34,689 nucleotides of DNA, taken from the NCBI GenBank assembly GCA_964623915.1, contig CAZUVQ010000003.1, forward strand, positions 1 to 34,689. Direction: 5' to 3'. The translations under genes were made by a program, and so were the position numbers. Each line of letters opens with the position of its first letter. Position 1 is the stretch's first letter. The stretch comes from an uncultured Oscillospiraceae bacterium (GTDB lineage: Bacteria > Bacillota > Clostridia > UMGS1883 > UMGS1540). Shown piece after piece: positions 18,468 through 26,860 of the stretch. The notes beneath the pieces were generated by a model that had not been told where the DNA came from, ran no database searches, and saw nothing but the letters and a program-made list of their open reading frames with translations.

Positions 18468-18496
18468 ATTTTAGCACATATGTATACCGTTGTCAA
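18468..18496 (-). promoter_or_regulatory. Proximal sigma-A promoter of nrdDG (TTGACA-17-TGcTAAAAT on the minus strand)
   Basis: On the minus strand: TTGACA (18496-18491), a 17-nt spacer with a TGc extended -10 element, then TAAAAT (18473-18468). Confidence 0.65.
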
Positions 18497-18501
18497 TCTA
18501 T

Positions 18502-18530
18502 ATTTTAACTTTTTTTAAAGATAAACACAA
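18502..18530 (-). promoter_or_regulatory. Possible distal nrdDG promoter (TTGTGT-17-TAAAAT) with its -35 inside NrdR box 2
   Basis: On the minus strand: TTGTGT (18530-18525), a 17-nt spacer, then TAAAAT (18507-18502). Confidence 0.35.
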
Positions 18531-18540
18531 AATACAGTAG
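18525..18540. promoter_or_regulatory. NrdR box 2 (weaker)
   Basis: ACACAAAATACAGTAG matches 12/16 positions of the NrdR consensus. Its centre is 31 bp from box 3. Confidence 0.5.
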
Positions 18541-18555
18541 TATTTCAACTCGCAC

Positions 18556-18571
18556 ACACAATATATAGCGT
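18556..18571. promoter_or_regulatory. NrdR box 3 (near-consensus)
   Basis: ACACAATATATAGCGT matches 15/16 positions of the NrdR consensus ACACwATATATwGTGT. Confidence 0.75.
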
Positions 18572-18576
18572 ATGTG

Positions 18577-18611
18577 AAAAGGGGCTGTGACGAAAAGTTT
18601 GTCACAGCCCC
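18577..18611 (-). terminator. Rho-independent terminator after the araC-family gene
   Basis: GGGGCTGTGAC (18581-91) pairs with GTCACAGCCCC (18601-11) around a 9-nt loop. On the minus strand it is followed by TTTT (18580-77). Confidence 0.85.
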
Positions 18612-18622
18612 CGACAAAAATT

Positions 18623-19480
18623 TTAAGATTGTTTTCTATATTCTGATGGGAGGATACCCGTCATACCCCGAAATGTTTTTGAAAAGTAGGAGAAGTTTTC
18701 AAATCCAACCATTTTACAAATTTCTCCAACGGTATAATTTTTTTGTGATAAAAGCTTCTTTGCATGTTCGCATCTTATCATATTGATATAGGTTACAACT
18801 GTTTGACCTGTAACCTTTTTAAATTCTCGGGTAAAATAATATTTGCTGAGTCCCACCTCAAATGCAAGCTTGTCAACTGTGAGGTTTTTATAGAAATTCG
18901 CTTTGATGTATCCTATAGCTGTTTTGATATTTTCAATTGTTTTTGAAGTGTATGCTGTTCCTTTTCCCTCTGATTTTATTGCGTAGTTTCTGCAAAGATA
19001 AACAAGTAAATCAAGAACAGCTGACCTGATACCGGCATTTTTATAGTCCTTTTCGCCTGTATATTCTTCAACAACTTTTTCATACCTGTCTGTAGCGTTG
19101 CTGTTACTTACAAGGTTTGTAAACAATATCTGACCTGTATCAATATCGTTTGCCATGCAAAATTCACTGTCGATTATAAGGCAATAATACTTTATGATAC
19201 TTTCGGCATAAACATAGTGAACGCTGTTGGAATTGACAACAAAAATATCGCCTTTTTCTACGTCTGTCTTATTAAGATCGCAGAAGACTTGCCCCGACCC
19301 TTCCGTAACCATAAGTATTTCAACATTTTCATGCCAGTTAACATTGCAGTTTGAATATTTTACGGTGTCAAGATGAAAAATGAACGGAAGTTTAGAATCG
19401 GATATTATATGTGATTCATATGCGGTTTTTTGGGGTGTTCCATATCCTGGGAGGCCGGGCTCAAAGATAAGATTTTCCAT
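18623..19480 (-). CDS. AraC/XylS-family transcriptional regulator with an N-terminal cupin sensor domain
   Basis: 285 aa. The C-terminus has two HTH units (LTVDKLAFEVGLSKYYFTREFKKVTG ... TVGEICKMVGFENFSYFSKTFRGMTGILPSEYR). The N-terminal region is beta-rich and cupin-like. Confidence 0.88.
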   Translation of the reverse strand: MENLIFEPGLPGYGTPQKTAYESHIISDSKLPFIFHLDTVKYSNCNVNWHENVEILMVTEGSGQVFCDLNKTDVEKGDIFVVNSNSVHYVYAESIIKYYCLIIDSEFCMANDIDTGQILFTNLVSNSNATDRYEKVVEEYTGEKDYKNAGIRSAVLDLLVYLCRNYAIKSEGKGTAYTSKTIENIKTAIGYIKANFYKNLTVDKLAFEVGLSKYYFTREFKKVTGQTVVTYINMIRCEHAKKLLSQKNYTVGEICKMVGFENFSYFSKTFRGMTGILPSEYRKQS

Positions 19481-19497
19481 TATACCCCACCCTTCTA

Positions 19498-21462
19498 TTA
19501 TACTACATCTGCCATATCTATAAAGCGTGCTCCGTTTTCAGCAATAAAATCCTTCCTGCCCTGAAGGTTATCACCCAGCAGAAGGTCAAACACAGCTATT
19601 GTTTTTTCTTCGTCCTCCGGCAAGATTTTGATCAGTCTTCTTGAATCAGGGCACATAGTTGTGTGCCACATCATATCAGGTTCATTCTCACCAAGTCCCT
19701 TTGAACGCTGAATTGTATATTTTGCATTGCCTGCTTCATTTATGATTTCGCCCTTTTCCTTTTCATTATAGGCGAAAAATGTTTCATCTTTGGTGGTGAT
19801 TTCAAAAAGAGGGGATTCGGCTATAAAAACCTTTCCGGCAGTAATTAAAGTGGGCATTAATCTGAATATCATGGAAAGAATCAAGGTTCTTATCTGAAAT
19901 CCATCAACATCGGCATCAGTGCAGATTATTACTTTGCTCCAACGCAGATTATCAATATCAAAGGTTCCGATATCTTTGCTTTTGACTTCAATGCCGCACC
20001 CGAGAACACGTATTAAATCCATTATTATATCATTTTTGAAAATTTTATTCAAATCACTTTTCAGGCAGTTTAATATTTTGCCCCTTACAGGAATAATAGC
20101 CTGAAATTCTGAATCACGTGCAAGCTTACAGGCACCGAGAGCAGAATCTCCCTCAACAATATAGACTTCGCGGCGAGTTACATCACGCGTCCTACAGTCG
20201 GCAAATTTTTGTATACGGTTAGTAATATCAATGTTTTTAGCAAGCTTTTTCTTAAGGTTTATCCTTGTTTTTTCAGCTGTTTCCCGGCTTCTTTTATTCA
20301 GCAGTATCTGCTCTGAAATCTTTTCGGCATCGATTTTGTTCTCAATAAAGTAAAGCTCCAGACTATGGCGTAAAAACTCAGTCATAGCTTCGCCTATAAA
20401 TTTATTGCTAATTGATCTTTTTGTTTGATTTTCATAGTCAGTATACGTTGAAAATGAATTTGAAACAAGTGCAAGGCTATCCTGAATATCCACAAAGGTA
20501 ATTTTGGATTCATTTTTCGTATATTTGTTTGCTTGTCGCAAATATGCATCAATTGCTGATACAAAAGCATTTTTAACAGCTCTGTCAGGTGAGCCGCCAT
20601 ATTCTAAAAAGCTTGAATTATGATAATATTCTAAAATATTATTTGAATTAGTAAAACAAAGCGCAAAATTCATCAAAAGCTTGTAATCGGGCTTGTCCTT
20701 CCTGTCACGGCCAACACGTTCAGCGCAAAAAGACTGAATATCAGTAAATGCAGATTCGCCGCAAACCTCTTTTAAGTAATCGGTAATACCGTCTTTATAA
20801 TAATATTCATATTTTTCAAAGCCTTCCTTCGTTTCATTTTTCAAAACAAAGGTTATACCTGCATTGACAACGGCCTGTTTTTTTAATGTTTCCTGAAAAT
20901 ATTCAAGGGGGATATCAATATCCGTAAAAACATCAAGGTCAGGCCGCCATTTTATCGTCGAGCCCGTTTTTTTATATCGTGTTTCTTCTTTATAAAGACC
21001 GCCTGAATTTTCGCCCTTTTCAAAAAACAGTTCATACTTGTAACCATCACGCATAACGGTTACGTTCATATACTCCGAAGCATATTGGGTGGCACAACTT
21101 CCGAGACCGTTAAGACCGAGGCTGTACTCATAATTTTTTGAATTGTTATTGTCATATTTACCGCCAGCGTATAATTCGCAGAAAACAAGCTCCCAGTTAT
21201 AACGCTGTTCATTTGTATTGTAATCAAGCGGAATACCTCTGCCCTGGTCGGCAATCTCAATGGATTTGTCAAGAAAACGAGTTACCTCAATTACTGAGCC
21301 AAATCCTTCTTTTGCTTCATCTATCGAATTTGATAAAATTTCAAACATAGCGTGTTCGCAGCCGTCAAGACCGTTTGAACCGAATATCACACCCGGGCGA
21401 AGCCTTACTCTGTCAGCACCCTTAAGAGATGAGATACTATCATTCCCATAGCTTTTTCGCAT
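19498..21462 (-). CDS. Type IIA DNA topoisomerase ATPase (B) subunit, ParE/GyrB-like, with no adjacent A subunit
   Basis: 654 aa. GHKL motifs are FEILSNSIDEA, ADQGRGIP and LGLNGLGS, and the transducer has ENQTKRS (QTK loop). Toprim motifs are EGDSALG, PVRGKILN and CTDADVDGFQI. KGLGEN lies near the C-terminus. Confidence 0.85.
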   Translation of the reverse strand: MRKSYGNDSISSLKGADRVRLRPGVIFGSNGLDGCEHAMFEILSNSIDEAKEGFGSVIEVTRFLDKSIEIADQGRGIPLDYNTNEQRYNWELVFCELYAGGKYDNNNSKNYEYSLGLNGLGSCATQYASEYMNVTVMRDGYKYELFFEKGENSGGLYKEETRYKKTGSTIKWRPDLDVFTDIDIPLEYFQETLKKQAVVNAGITFVLKNETKEGFEKYEYYYKDGITDYLKEVCGESAFTDIQSFCAERVGRDRKDKPDYKLLMNFALCFTNSNNILEYYHNSSFLEYGGSPDRAVKNAFVSAIDAYLRQANKYTKNESKITFVDIQDSLALVSNSFSTYTDYENQTKRSISNKFIGEAMTEFLRHSLELYFIENKIDAEKISEQILLNKRSRETAEKTRINLKKKLAKNIDITNRIQKFADCRTRDVTRREVYIVEGDSALGACKLARDSEFQAIIPVRGKILNCLKSDLNKIFKNDIIMDLIRVLGCGIEVKSKDIGTFDIDNLRWSKVIICTDADVDGFQIRTLILSMIFRLMPTLITAGKVFIAESPLFEITTKDETFFAYNEKEKGEIINEAGNAKYTIQRSKGLGENEPDMMWHTTMCPDSRRLIKILPEDEEKTIAVFDLLLGDNLQGRKDFIAENGARFIDMADVV

Positions 21463-21495
21463 TATATTACCATTCCTTTTTTACATTATCATATA

Positions 21496-23193
21496 TCAGT
21501 CAATATCAATTTGTGCTGTCGGTTTAGAATCATCTGTAAGTTCTTGTGTGTGTGGAGGCGGTATTTCATCATCTGATGGCTCGCCTTCGCTTACGGTTGT
21601 ATCTGTTTCCTCTTTAGCTTCAACGGGCTTTGTTCCTATTGCCATCAACGTCTTACCCGCACTATAAGTGCTTTTTGAGACAAACTTACGCTCACCTTTA
21701 ATACCGTCAATTGTGACAACCTTATATGTTTCAACTACACTTCCGTGACTGCCTTGTGATATTACCTTTTTTTCACCGAATGGCAACGCTGGGTCATTTT
21801 CTTCTTTTACTGTCGGAGGAATAGTTGATACGGTTACGTTGTATACTTCTACTTTTTCGGGTTTTTCCCTGTATCCGACAATTGAAATTTCAATCTGTGA
21901 CCCTTCTGCCCTTGAAACGATTTTTATAGGGTAGGGCGTATTATTCTTAAATTTTAAATCTATATTGCCGTAGTCAACGGTTGCATCCTGTCCCAAGGGG
22001 ACATATGAAACCGTCAATTGATGATTAACTCTTTCAACTATTTCAAGATTAGAGTATAGTATTGCACAGTAAAGAGTAGAGGAAACCTGACAGATACCAC
22101 CGCCGATACCATCTACAACTTCATTGTTCATATACACCTTAGCCATCTCAAAACCCGTTTCCTTCGAGCGTTCTCCGACAATTTCGTTATATGAAAACAC
22201 TTCTCCGGGCATCATAGTATAATTGTTAATTTTACTTGATGCAAGGTATATATTTGAGCATCTTGAAACTGAGGAGGTATTAAAATTTGTTTTGTATGAA
22301 CCAAGGTTTTGAGAAAAAAGCTTCTTTTCAAGGTCATCAGCAAGAACGGAAGGCTCAGTAATAATCGCCGGAATTTCAAATGTTTTTCCGTAAGCGGTAT
22401 TCATTTTAATTATCTCCGCTGCTTTTCTCTTGTCAAAATCTATACCGTATTTATGGGGAACAATTAATATTTCGTCATCCCTACGCTCATAGTAAGAATC
22501 TGCAGGAGCACTGTGAAGTTTTGTAAAAAGTGTTTCAACGTCAATTCCGTCAGGCAGGCGTTCTTCTTTTTCAAATATCAGTTTTTCATCAAAACTACTT
22601 GTTGCAATTGTATTTAATATTGCGCTGCAAACTTCTTCCTTGTCAGGCATGTCTCCCGGTGAACCATTGGTTAAATATAGTTTCCCGTTCTTAACCTCAT
22701 GGGAATACTCAACTACCGGAGTGCCGATTCCCTCAAGCATTTCTTCGATATATGCGTCAAGCTTTTCTTCGTTGTATGAAAAATCCATAGGCACTTCATA
22801 TCCGTTAAAAAGTGCATATAGAACCAACTTCATACGTGGGAAAAGGCTTCCCTCATGACCGAAGTTCAGAGCATTTAGAGCCGATTTTTCATAATCATAC
22901 TTTACGTCAATATCATCACTTGCAAGTGAAAATGATTTGCCTTCAAGCACTAACATTATATTACCGCCTGAAGGAGTGCTTCCATGTTCCTCGTGAAGGG
23001 CTTTTATTATCTTATCATATGTCATTCCTCCGACATCAATGCCCGCACATTTCACACCACTGTAAACATTGGAAGGAACGTAAACAAATGCTGCTGCTGC
23101 AGTAAAAATAATAGCAACTGTAAATAAACTGATAATAAAAATCTTAAACTTTATTGAAAGCTTTTTTCTCACGCTTAATAAAACCCCTCTCAA
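21496..23193 (-). CDS. VanW/YoaR-family cell-wall protein with an N-terminal TM anchor and a C-terminal G5-like domain
   Basis: The VanW core is GGGICQVSSTLYCAILYSNLEIVERVNH. The TM helix is IFIISLFTVAIIFTAAAAF, and the C-terminal tail is acidic. The start is uncertain: TTG 23193 has no RBS, while GTG 23172 lies 11 nt after GAGAGGGG. Confidence 0.8.
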   Translation of the reverse strand: MRGVLLSVRKKLSIKFKIFIISLFTVAIIFTAAAAFVYVPSNVYSGVKCAGIDVGGMTYDKIIKALHEEHGSTPSGGNIMLVLEGKSFSLASDDIDVKYDYEKSALNALNFGHEGSLFPRMKLVLYALFNGYEVPMDFSYNEEKLDAYIEEMLEGIGTPVVEYSHEVKNGKLYLTNGSPGDMPDKEEVCSAILNTIATSSFDEKLIFEKEERLPDGIDVETLFTKLHSAPADSYYERRDDEILIVPHKYGIDFDKRKAAEIIKMNTAYGKTFEIPAIITEPSVLADDLEKKLFSQNLGSYKTNFNTSSVSRCSNIYLASSKINNYTMMPGEVFSYNEIVGERSKETGFEMAKVYMNNEVVDGIGGGICQVSSTLYCAILYSNLEIVERVNHQLTVSYVPLGQDATVDYGNIDLKFKNNTPYPIKIVSRAEGSQIEISIVGYREKPEKVEVYNVTVSTIPPTVKEENDPALPFGEKKVISQGSHGSVVETYKVVTIDGIKGERKFVSKSTYSAGKTLMAIGTKPVEAKEETDTTVSEGEPSDDEIPPPHTQELTDDSKPTAQIDID

Positions 23194-23213
23194 AATATAA
23201 ACATTATATATAC

Positions 23214-23242
23214 ATTATATCAATTTTTTCGTTATCAGTAAA
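23214..23242 (-). promoter_or_regulatory. Candidate promoter of the vanW-topoisomerase-araC string (TTTACT-17-TATAAT on the minus strand)
   Basis: On the minus strand: TTTACT (23242-23237), a 17-nt spacer, then TATAAT (23219-23214). Confidence 0.35.
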
Positions 23243-23275
23243 GCTTATTTTGAAAAAACACATAAAATTCATATT

Positions 23276-23299
23276 ATTGTATACAATTTGTAACAAATT
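23276..23299. repeat. Two abutting palindromes in the vanW/folT divergent intergenic region
   Basis: ATTGTATACAAT is a perfect 12-bp palindrome (23276-87). It overlaps AATTTGT-A-ACAAATT, which has 7-bp arms (23285-99). Confidence 0.7.
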
Positions 23300-23361
23300 A
23301 ACCAAATTCTGAAAAAAATCTTATTATTAATGCAAAAAACACTATGAAAACGGTATTTTAA

Positions 23362-23390
23362 TTGACAAAAAAAATACCATAGTATATAAT
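23362..23390 (+). promoter_or_regulatory. Consensus sigma-A promoter of folT-hflX (TTGACA-17-TATAAT)
   Basis: TTGACA at 23362-67, a 17-nt spacer, then TATAAT at 23385-90. The -35 element is bracketed by the inverted repeat GGTATTTT (23352-59) / AAAATACC (23371-78). Confidence 0.7.
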
Positions 23391-23422
23391 TGTGTAAATC
23401 AAATACTGAAAGGAAGTTTTTA

Positions 23423-23938
23423 ATGAAAAGGACAAAAGTTTTTATAGCCCTCGGGCTTTTATGTACACTTGAAATTGTGCTCACCCGTTTTGTGCAAATA
23501 CCGGTGGCAATAGGAACATTTACGGACAGAGTTTCTCTTGGATTTTTGCCTATAATGTTATCAGGTGCATTTTTCGGGCCGGTTACGGGAGGCATAACTG
23601 GCGGAGTTGCGGATATAATAAGAGCTATACTGTTTCCACAGGGACCCTTTAATCCGCTTTTTTCAATTTCTGCCATACTCCGCGGAATTATATACGGTAT
23701 AATATTACACAAAAAGATAACCTTCCCGAGAATGCTCATATCAAGCATTATTATTTTTATTTTGATAAACAACTTGCTGACGGATTATTTTATAAGTATT
23801 TCATACGGCAATCCTTTTACTGCAGTACTTGTGAGCAGAATACTTACTACTTCAGCAAATCTTGTTGTTCAGTTGTTAATAGGCAGTGCGATAGGTTTAC
23901 CCCTTGAAAGGAAAATTGGATATGTTCGAAAATGGTAG
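23423..23938 (+). CDS. folT: ECF-transporter substrate-specific (S) component, folate-family-like
   Basis: 171 aa with about 5-6 TM segments. AAAGGAAG precedes ATG 23423. The pattern RVSLGFLPIMLSGAFFGPVTGGITGGVADIIRAILFPQGPFNP...LRGIIYG resembles FolT-type S components. Substrate is assigned by recollection only. Confidence 0.65.
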   Translation: MKRTKVFIALGLLCTLEIVLTRFVQIPVAIGTFTDRVSLGFLPIMLSGAFFGPVTGGITGGVADIIRAILFPQGPFNPLFSISAILRGIIYGIILHKKITFPRMLISSIIIFILINNLLTDYFISISYGNPFTAVLVSRILTTSANLVVQLLIGSAIGLPLERKIGYVRKW

Positions 23939-25190
23939 CATAAAAGAAAAGGCAATTTTAGTTGGAGTTCACCGTGATCTTCGTAATATTTTACTGGATA
24001 CAACCGATGAGTCCATGCGTGAGCTTGCCTTATTGGCTGAAACAGCCGACGCAGAAGTCCTTGGTGAAATTGTTCAAAACAGAGAAACCCCTGACAATGC
24101 AACTTATGTTGGTGAGGGAAAACTTACTGAAATACACGAAGCATGTGAAGCACTTGAAGCAAACCTTGTTATTTTTGATGATGAGCTTTCCGGCTCTCAG
24201 CTTAAAAACATTGAAAAGGTTGTGCCTGTCAGGGTTATTGACCGCTCCGCTTTGATACTTGACATTTTTGCCGCAAGGGCACTTTCGGGCGAAGGCAAGC
24301 TTCAGGTTGAGCTGGCACAGCTTAAATATTATCTTCCTCGCCTTGGCGGGGGATATACATCTCTTTCAAGGCTTGGAGGAGGTATAGGCACAAGGGGTCC
24401 CGGCGAAACAAAGATAGAAACTGACCGCCGTTATATAAGAACACGTATTTATACGCTTGAAAAGGAAATCGAAGCAATAGGAAAACACAGAGAACTCATC
24501 AGGGCAAGAAGAAGGAAAAATGAAGTACCCACAGTTGCAATCGTAGGCTACACAAATGCCGGAAAATCAACGCTATTAAATTATTTGACAGGTGCAGGTG
24601 TTTTGGCGGAAAACAAGCTGTTTGCTACGCTTGACCCTACGGCACGAGCACTTTCTATGCCCGATGGCAGGGAGGCAATGCTCATTGATACGGTGGGTTT
24701 TATAAGAAAACTGCCGCACCATCTTATAGAGGCTTTTAAATCCACGCTTGAGGAAGCCGTTTATGCAGATGTATTGCTGCATATTATTGATTCATCGAGT
24801 GAGGAATCCGAAAACCAGATAGAGGTTGTAAATGCACTTTTGCATGAGCTTGGTGCTGACGGTAAACCTATAATTTCTGTATACAATAAAGTTGATTTGT
24901 GCGAGGGGGACAGCCCCGCAAGGCTCCCGTACCCTGAAAAAAGCGTATTTATATCCGCCCATACCGGTAATGGAGTAGATGCACTAATACAAGCAATAGA
25001 CGAGGTTTTACCCGGTAAGCGCATAAAAATGAAAATTCTTGTTCCCTATACAAGCGGTCAAATTGTAAATGAAGTGCGCCGTCTTGATTCCATTCTTTCT
25101 GAGGATTTTACTCCTGATGGCACGTTGATTGAGTTTATGGCTGACCCAAAGGCATTTTCAGATTATAAACATCTATCTTTAAAGGAATAA
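23922..25190 (+). CDS. hflX: Ribosome-associated GTPase HflX
   Basis: GTPase motifs are G1 GYTNAGKSTLLN, G3 DTVGF and G4 NKVD. The HflX N-domain has LQVELAQLKYYLPRL...GPGETKIETDRR. AAAGGAAAA precedes ATG 23922, and the start overlaps the folT 3' end by 17 nt. Confidence 0.92.
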   Translation: MFENGSIKEKAILVGVHRDLRNILLDTTDESMRELALLAETADAEVLGEIVQNRETPDNATYVGEGKLTEIHEACEALEANLVIFDDELSGSQLKNIEKVVPVRVIDRSALILDIFAARALSGEGKLQVELAQLKYYLPRLGGGYTSLSRLGGGIGTRGPGETKIETDRRYIRTRIYTLEKEIEAIGKHRELIRARRRKNEVPTVAIVGYTNAGKSTLLNYLTGAGVLAENKLFATLDPTARALSMPDGREAMLIDTVGFIRKLPHHLIEAFKSTLEEAVYADVLLHIIDSSSEESENQIEVVNALLHELGADGKPIISVYNKVDLCEGDSPARLPYPEKSVFISAHTGNGVDALIQAIDEVLPGKRIKMKILVPYTSGQIVNEVRRLDSILSEDFTPDGTLIEFMADPKAFSDYKHLSLKE

Positions 25191-25192
25191 AA

Positions 25193-25816
25193 ATGAAGGA
25201 TTACAGAACGGTAAAAAAAGAGGCGAGAGCGGAAATTGTACAAAAAAAATCAAGGTTTATTGCCTCGGTGAAGCCTTGTATAAACGAAGATGCGGCGATA
25301 GGCTTTATTAATGAGGTGAAATCACGTTACCGTGATGCCTCCCATAATGTCTATGCTTACATATGCCGTGAAAACAATGCCCAGCGTTACAGTGATGATG
25401 GTGAGCCGTCAGGAACTGCCGGAATACCCACACTTGATGTTTTACGCAAGGAGGGGCTTTGTGATATCTGCGTTGTTGTAACAAGATATTTCGGGGGAAC
25501 ACTGTTAGGTGCCGGTGGCCTTGTGCGTGCATACGGTAAGGCGACAAAGGAAGGTATTGATGCGGCTATACCGGTTATGATGATTTACAGCGAGATTTTT
25601 TCTTGCGTGTGCGATTATCAGTTGTCAGGCAAGCTTTCATATGAGATAGCTGAAAACGGATTTGTTATAATTGACACAAAATACGAAGAAAACGTTACAT
25701 ATACACTTTGCACAGAAAGTAAAAGAGGCAATGAACTTATTGAAAAATTGACCGAGGCTTCAAACGGAAAAGCAAAAATAGAAAAAATCGGCGAAAAATT
25801 TTATGCTCAGGAATAA
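25193..25816 (+). CDS. yigZ: YigZ / IMPACT-family protein (UPF0029)
   Basis: KKSRFIASV...ASHNVYAYI...DDGEPSGTAGIPTLDVL...VVVTRYFGGTLLGAGGLVRAYG are the family motifs. The ATG lies 2 nt after the hflX stop. Confidence 0.88.
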   Translation: MKDYRTVKKEARAEIVQKKSRFIASVKPCINEDAAIGFINEVKSRYRDASHNVYAYICRENNAQRYSDDGEPSGTAGIPTLDVLRKEGLCDICVVVTRYFGGTLLGAGGLVRAYGKATKEGIDAAIPVMMIYSEIFSCVCDYQLSGKLSYEIAENGFVIIDTKYEENVTYTLCTESKRGNELIEKLTEASNGKAKIEKIGEKFYAQE

Positions 25817-25837
25817 CACTGATTGGGAGAGATTTTT

Positions 25838-26860
25838 TTGAAAAAAGTTCTTGTTGGTATGAGTGGCGGCGTTGATAGTGCTGTAACTGCCGCTCTTTTA
25901 AATAAAGAGGGTTATCACGTTACGGGAGTAACATTAAAATTATGGAGGGAAAGCGGCAGTGCTGATGAGGATGCGGCAAATGTTGCGGCTCAGATAGGCA
26001 TACCACATAAAACTATTGACTACAGTAAGCGTTTTTATGATACGGTAGTAAATTATTTTACAGATGAATACAAAAGAGGAAGAACACCTAACCCATGCGT
26101 TGTCTGTAACAGGGAGCTGAAGCTTGCGGCACTTTCAGAGATTGCCGAAAAAGAGGGAATACCATATATTGCTACAGGTCACTATGCTGTTACAGAGAAA
26201 AAAGACGGTAAGGTTTTTTTATACAGAGGGAAAAACAGAAATAAAGACCAGAGCTATTTTCTTTATGATATAACACGCAGTCAGATTGAAAAGCTAATTT
26301 TTCCGCTTGGCACATATTCAAAGGATGAGGTTCGTGAAATTGCAGAAAAAATGAACATCAAAATTGCAAAAAAACCTGATAGCCAGGAAATTTGTTTTCT
26401 GCCCGACGGAAAATACGGTGAGTTTATCGCTCGATATGCAAAAGAACTGCCTCCAGAAGGTAACATTGTCGATAAATACGGCAATATTCTCGGAAGGCAT
26501 AACGGTATATATAACTATACAATAGGACAACGAAAGGGTTTAGGTTCCTTCGGCAGGCCTGTTTTTGTAACAAAAATTAATGTTGCAGATAATACAATAT
26601 GTATTGGCGACGATGAATACAGTGATACTGTCAGAATAAGAAAATTTCATGCAACAGGTGATTATGAGCCGGTATTTCCAATAAAGGCAACCGCAAAAAT
26701 ACGCTACAGGGCAAAAGAAGCCGAGTGCGTTGCAACGCAATGCGAGGAATACGTTGAAATTAAATTTTCAAGCCCTCAAAGGGCGGTAACTCCGGGTCAG
26801 TCGGTTGTACTTTATAGTGGTGAAATGGTTTTAGGCGGCGGCGTGATAGAGGCTACGTGA
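25838..26860 (+). CDS. mnmA: tRNA-specific 2-thiouridylase (tRNA U34 2-thiolation)
   Basis: PP-loop motif VLVGMSGGVDSAV, catalytic Cys context NPCVVCNRELK, and QEICF. TTG 25838 lies 6 nt after GGGAGAG (25825-31). Confidence 0.9.
   Translation: MKKVLVGMSGGVDSAVTAALLNKEGYHVTGVTLKLWRESGSADEDAANVAAQIGIPHKTIDYSKRFYDTVVNYFTDEYKRGRTPNPCVVCNRELKLAALSEIAEKEGIPYIATGHYAVTEKKDGKVFLYRGKNRNKDQSYFLYDITRSQIEKLIFPLGTYSKDEVREIAEKMNIKIAKKPDSQEICFLPDGKYGEFIARYAKELPPEGNIVDKYGNILGRHNGIYNYTIGQRKGLGSFGRPVFVTKINVADNTICIGDDEYSDTVRIRKFHATGDYEPVFPIKATAKIRYRAKEAECVATQCEEYVEIKFSSPQRAVTPGQSVVLYSGEMVLGGGVIEAT

Noticed and set aside
18391-18477. N-terminal extensions given by the ORF track, for example nrdD from 18477. Others are prfB from 955, S-layer from 6456, ATPase from 11948, folT from 23390, hflX from 23904, mnmA from 25823, tatD from 27632, metG from 29589, CBS from 30188 and the small protein from 34508
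   Set aside because: Each extension lacks an SD sequence and/or runs through promoter or terminator elements. A downstream start codon with a properly spaced GGAGG-like RBS begins at the conserved N-terminus of the family.
18473-18488. A fourth NrdR box (AGCACATATGTATACC) in the spacer of the proximal nrdD promoter, 31 bp from box 1
   Set aside because: The central AT core is out of register with the consensus by one base, and only the wGTG half-site aligns. That is too weak to call.
23391-23422. Possible THF riboswitch upstream of the folate-type S component
   Set aside because: The distance from the TATAAT box to the ATG is only about 30 nt, which is far too short for a THF aptamer.
23269-23772. 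167-aa minus-strand ORF overlapping the folT gene and its promoter
   Set aside because: It is antisense to a well-supported S-component gene. It has no SD sequence, and the translation has no recognisable features.
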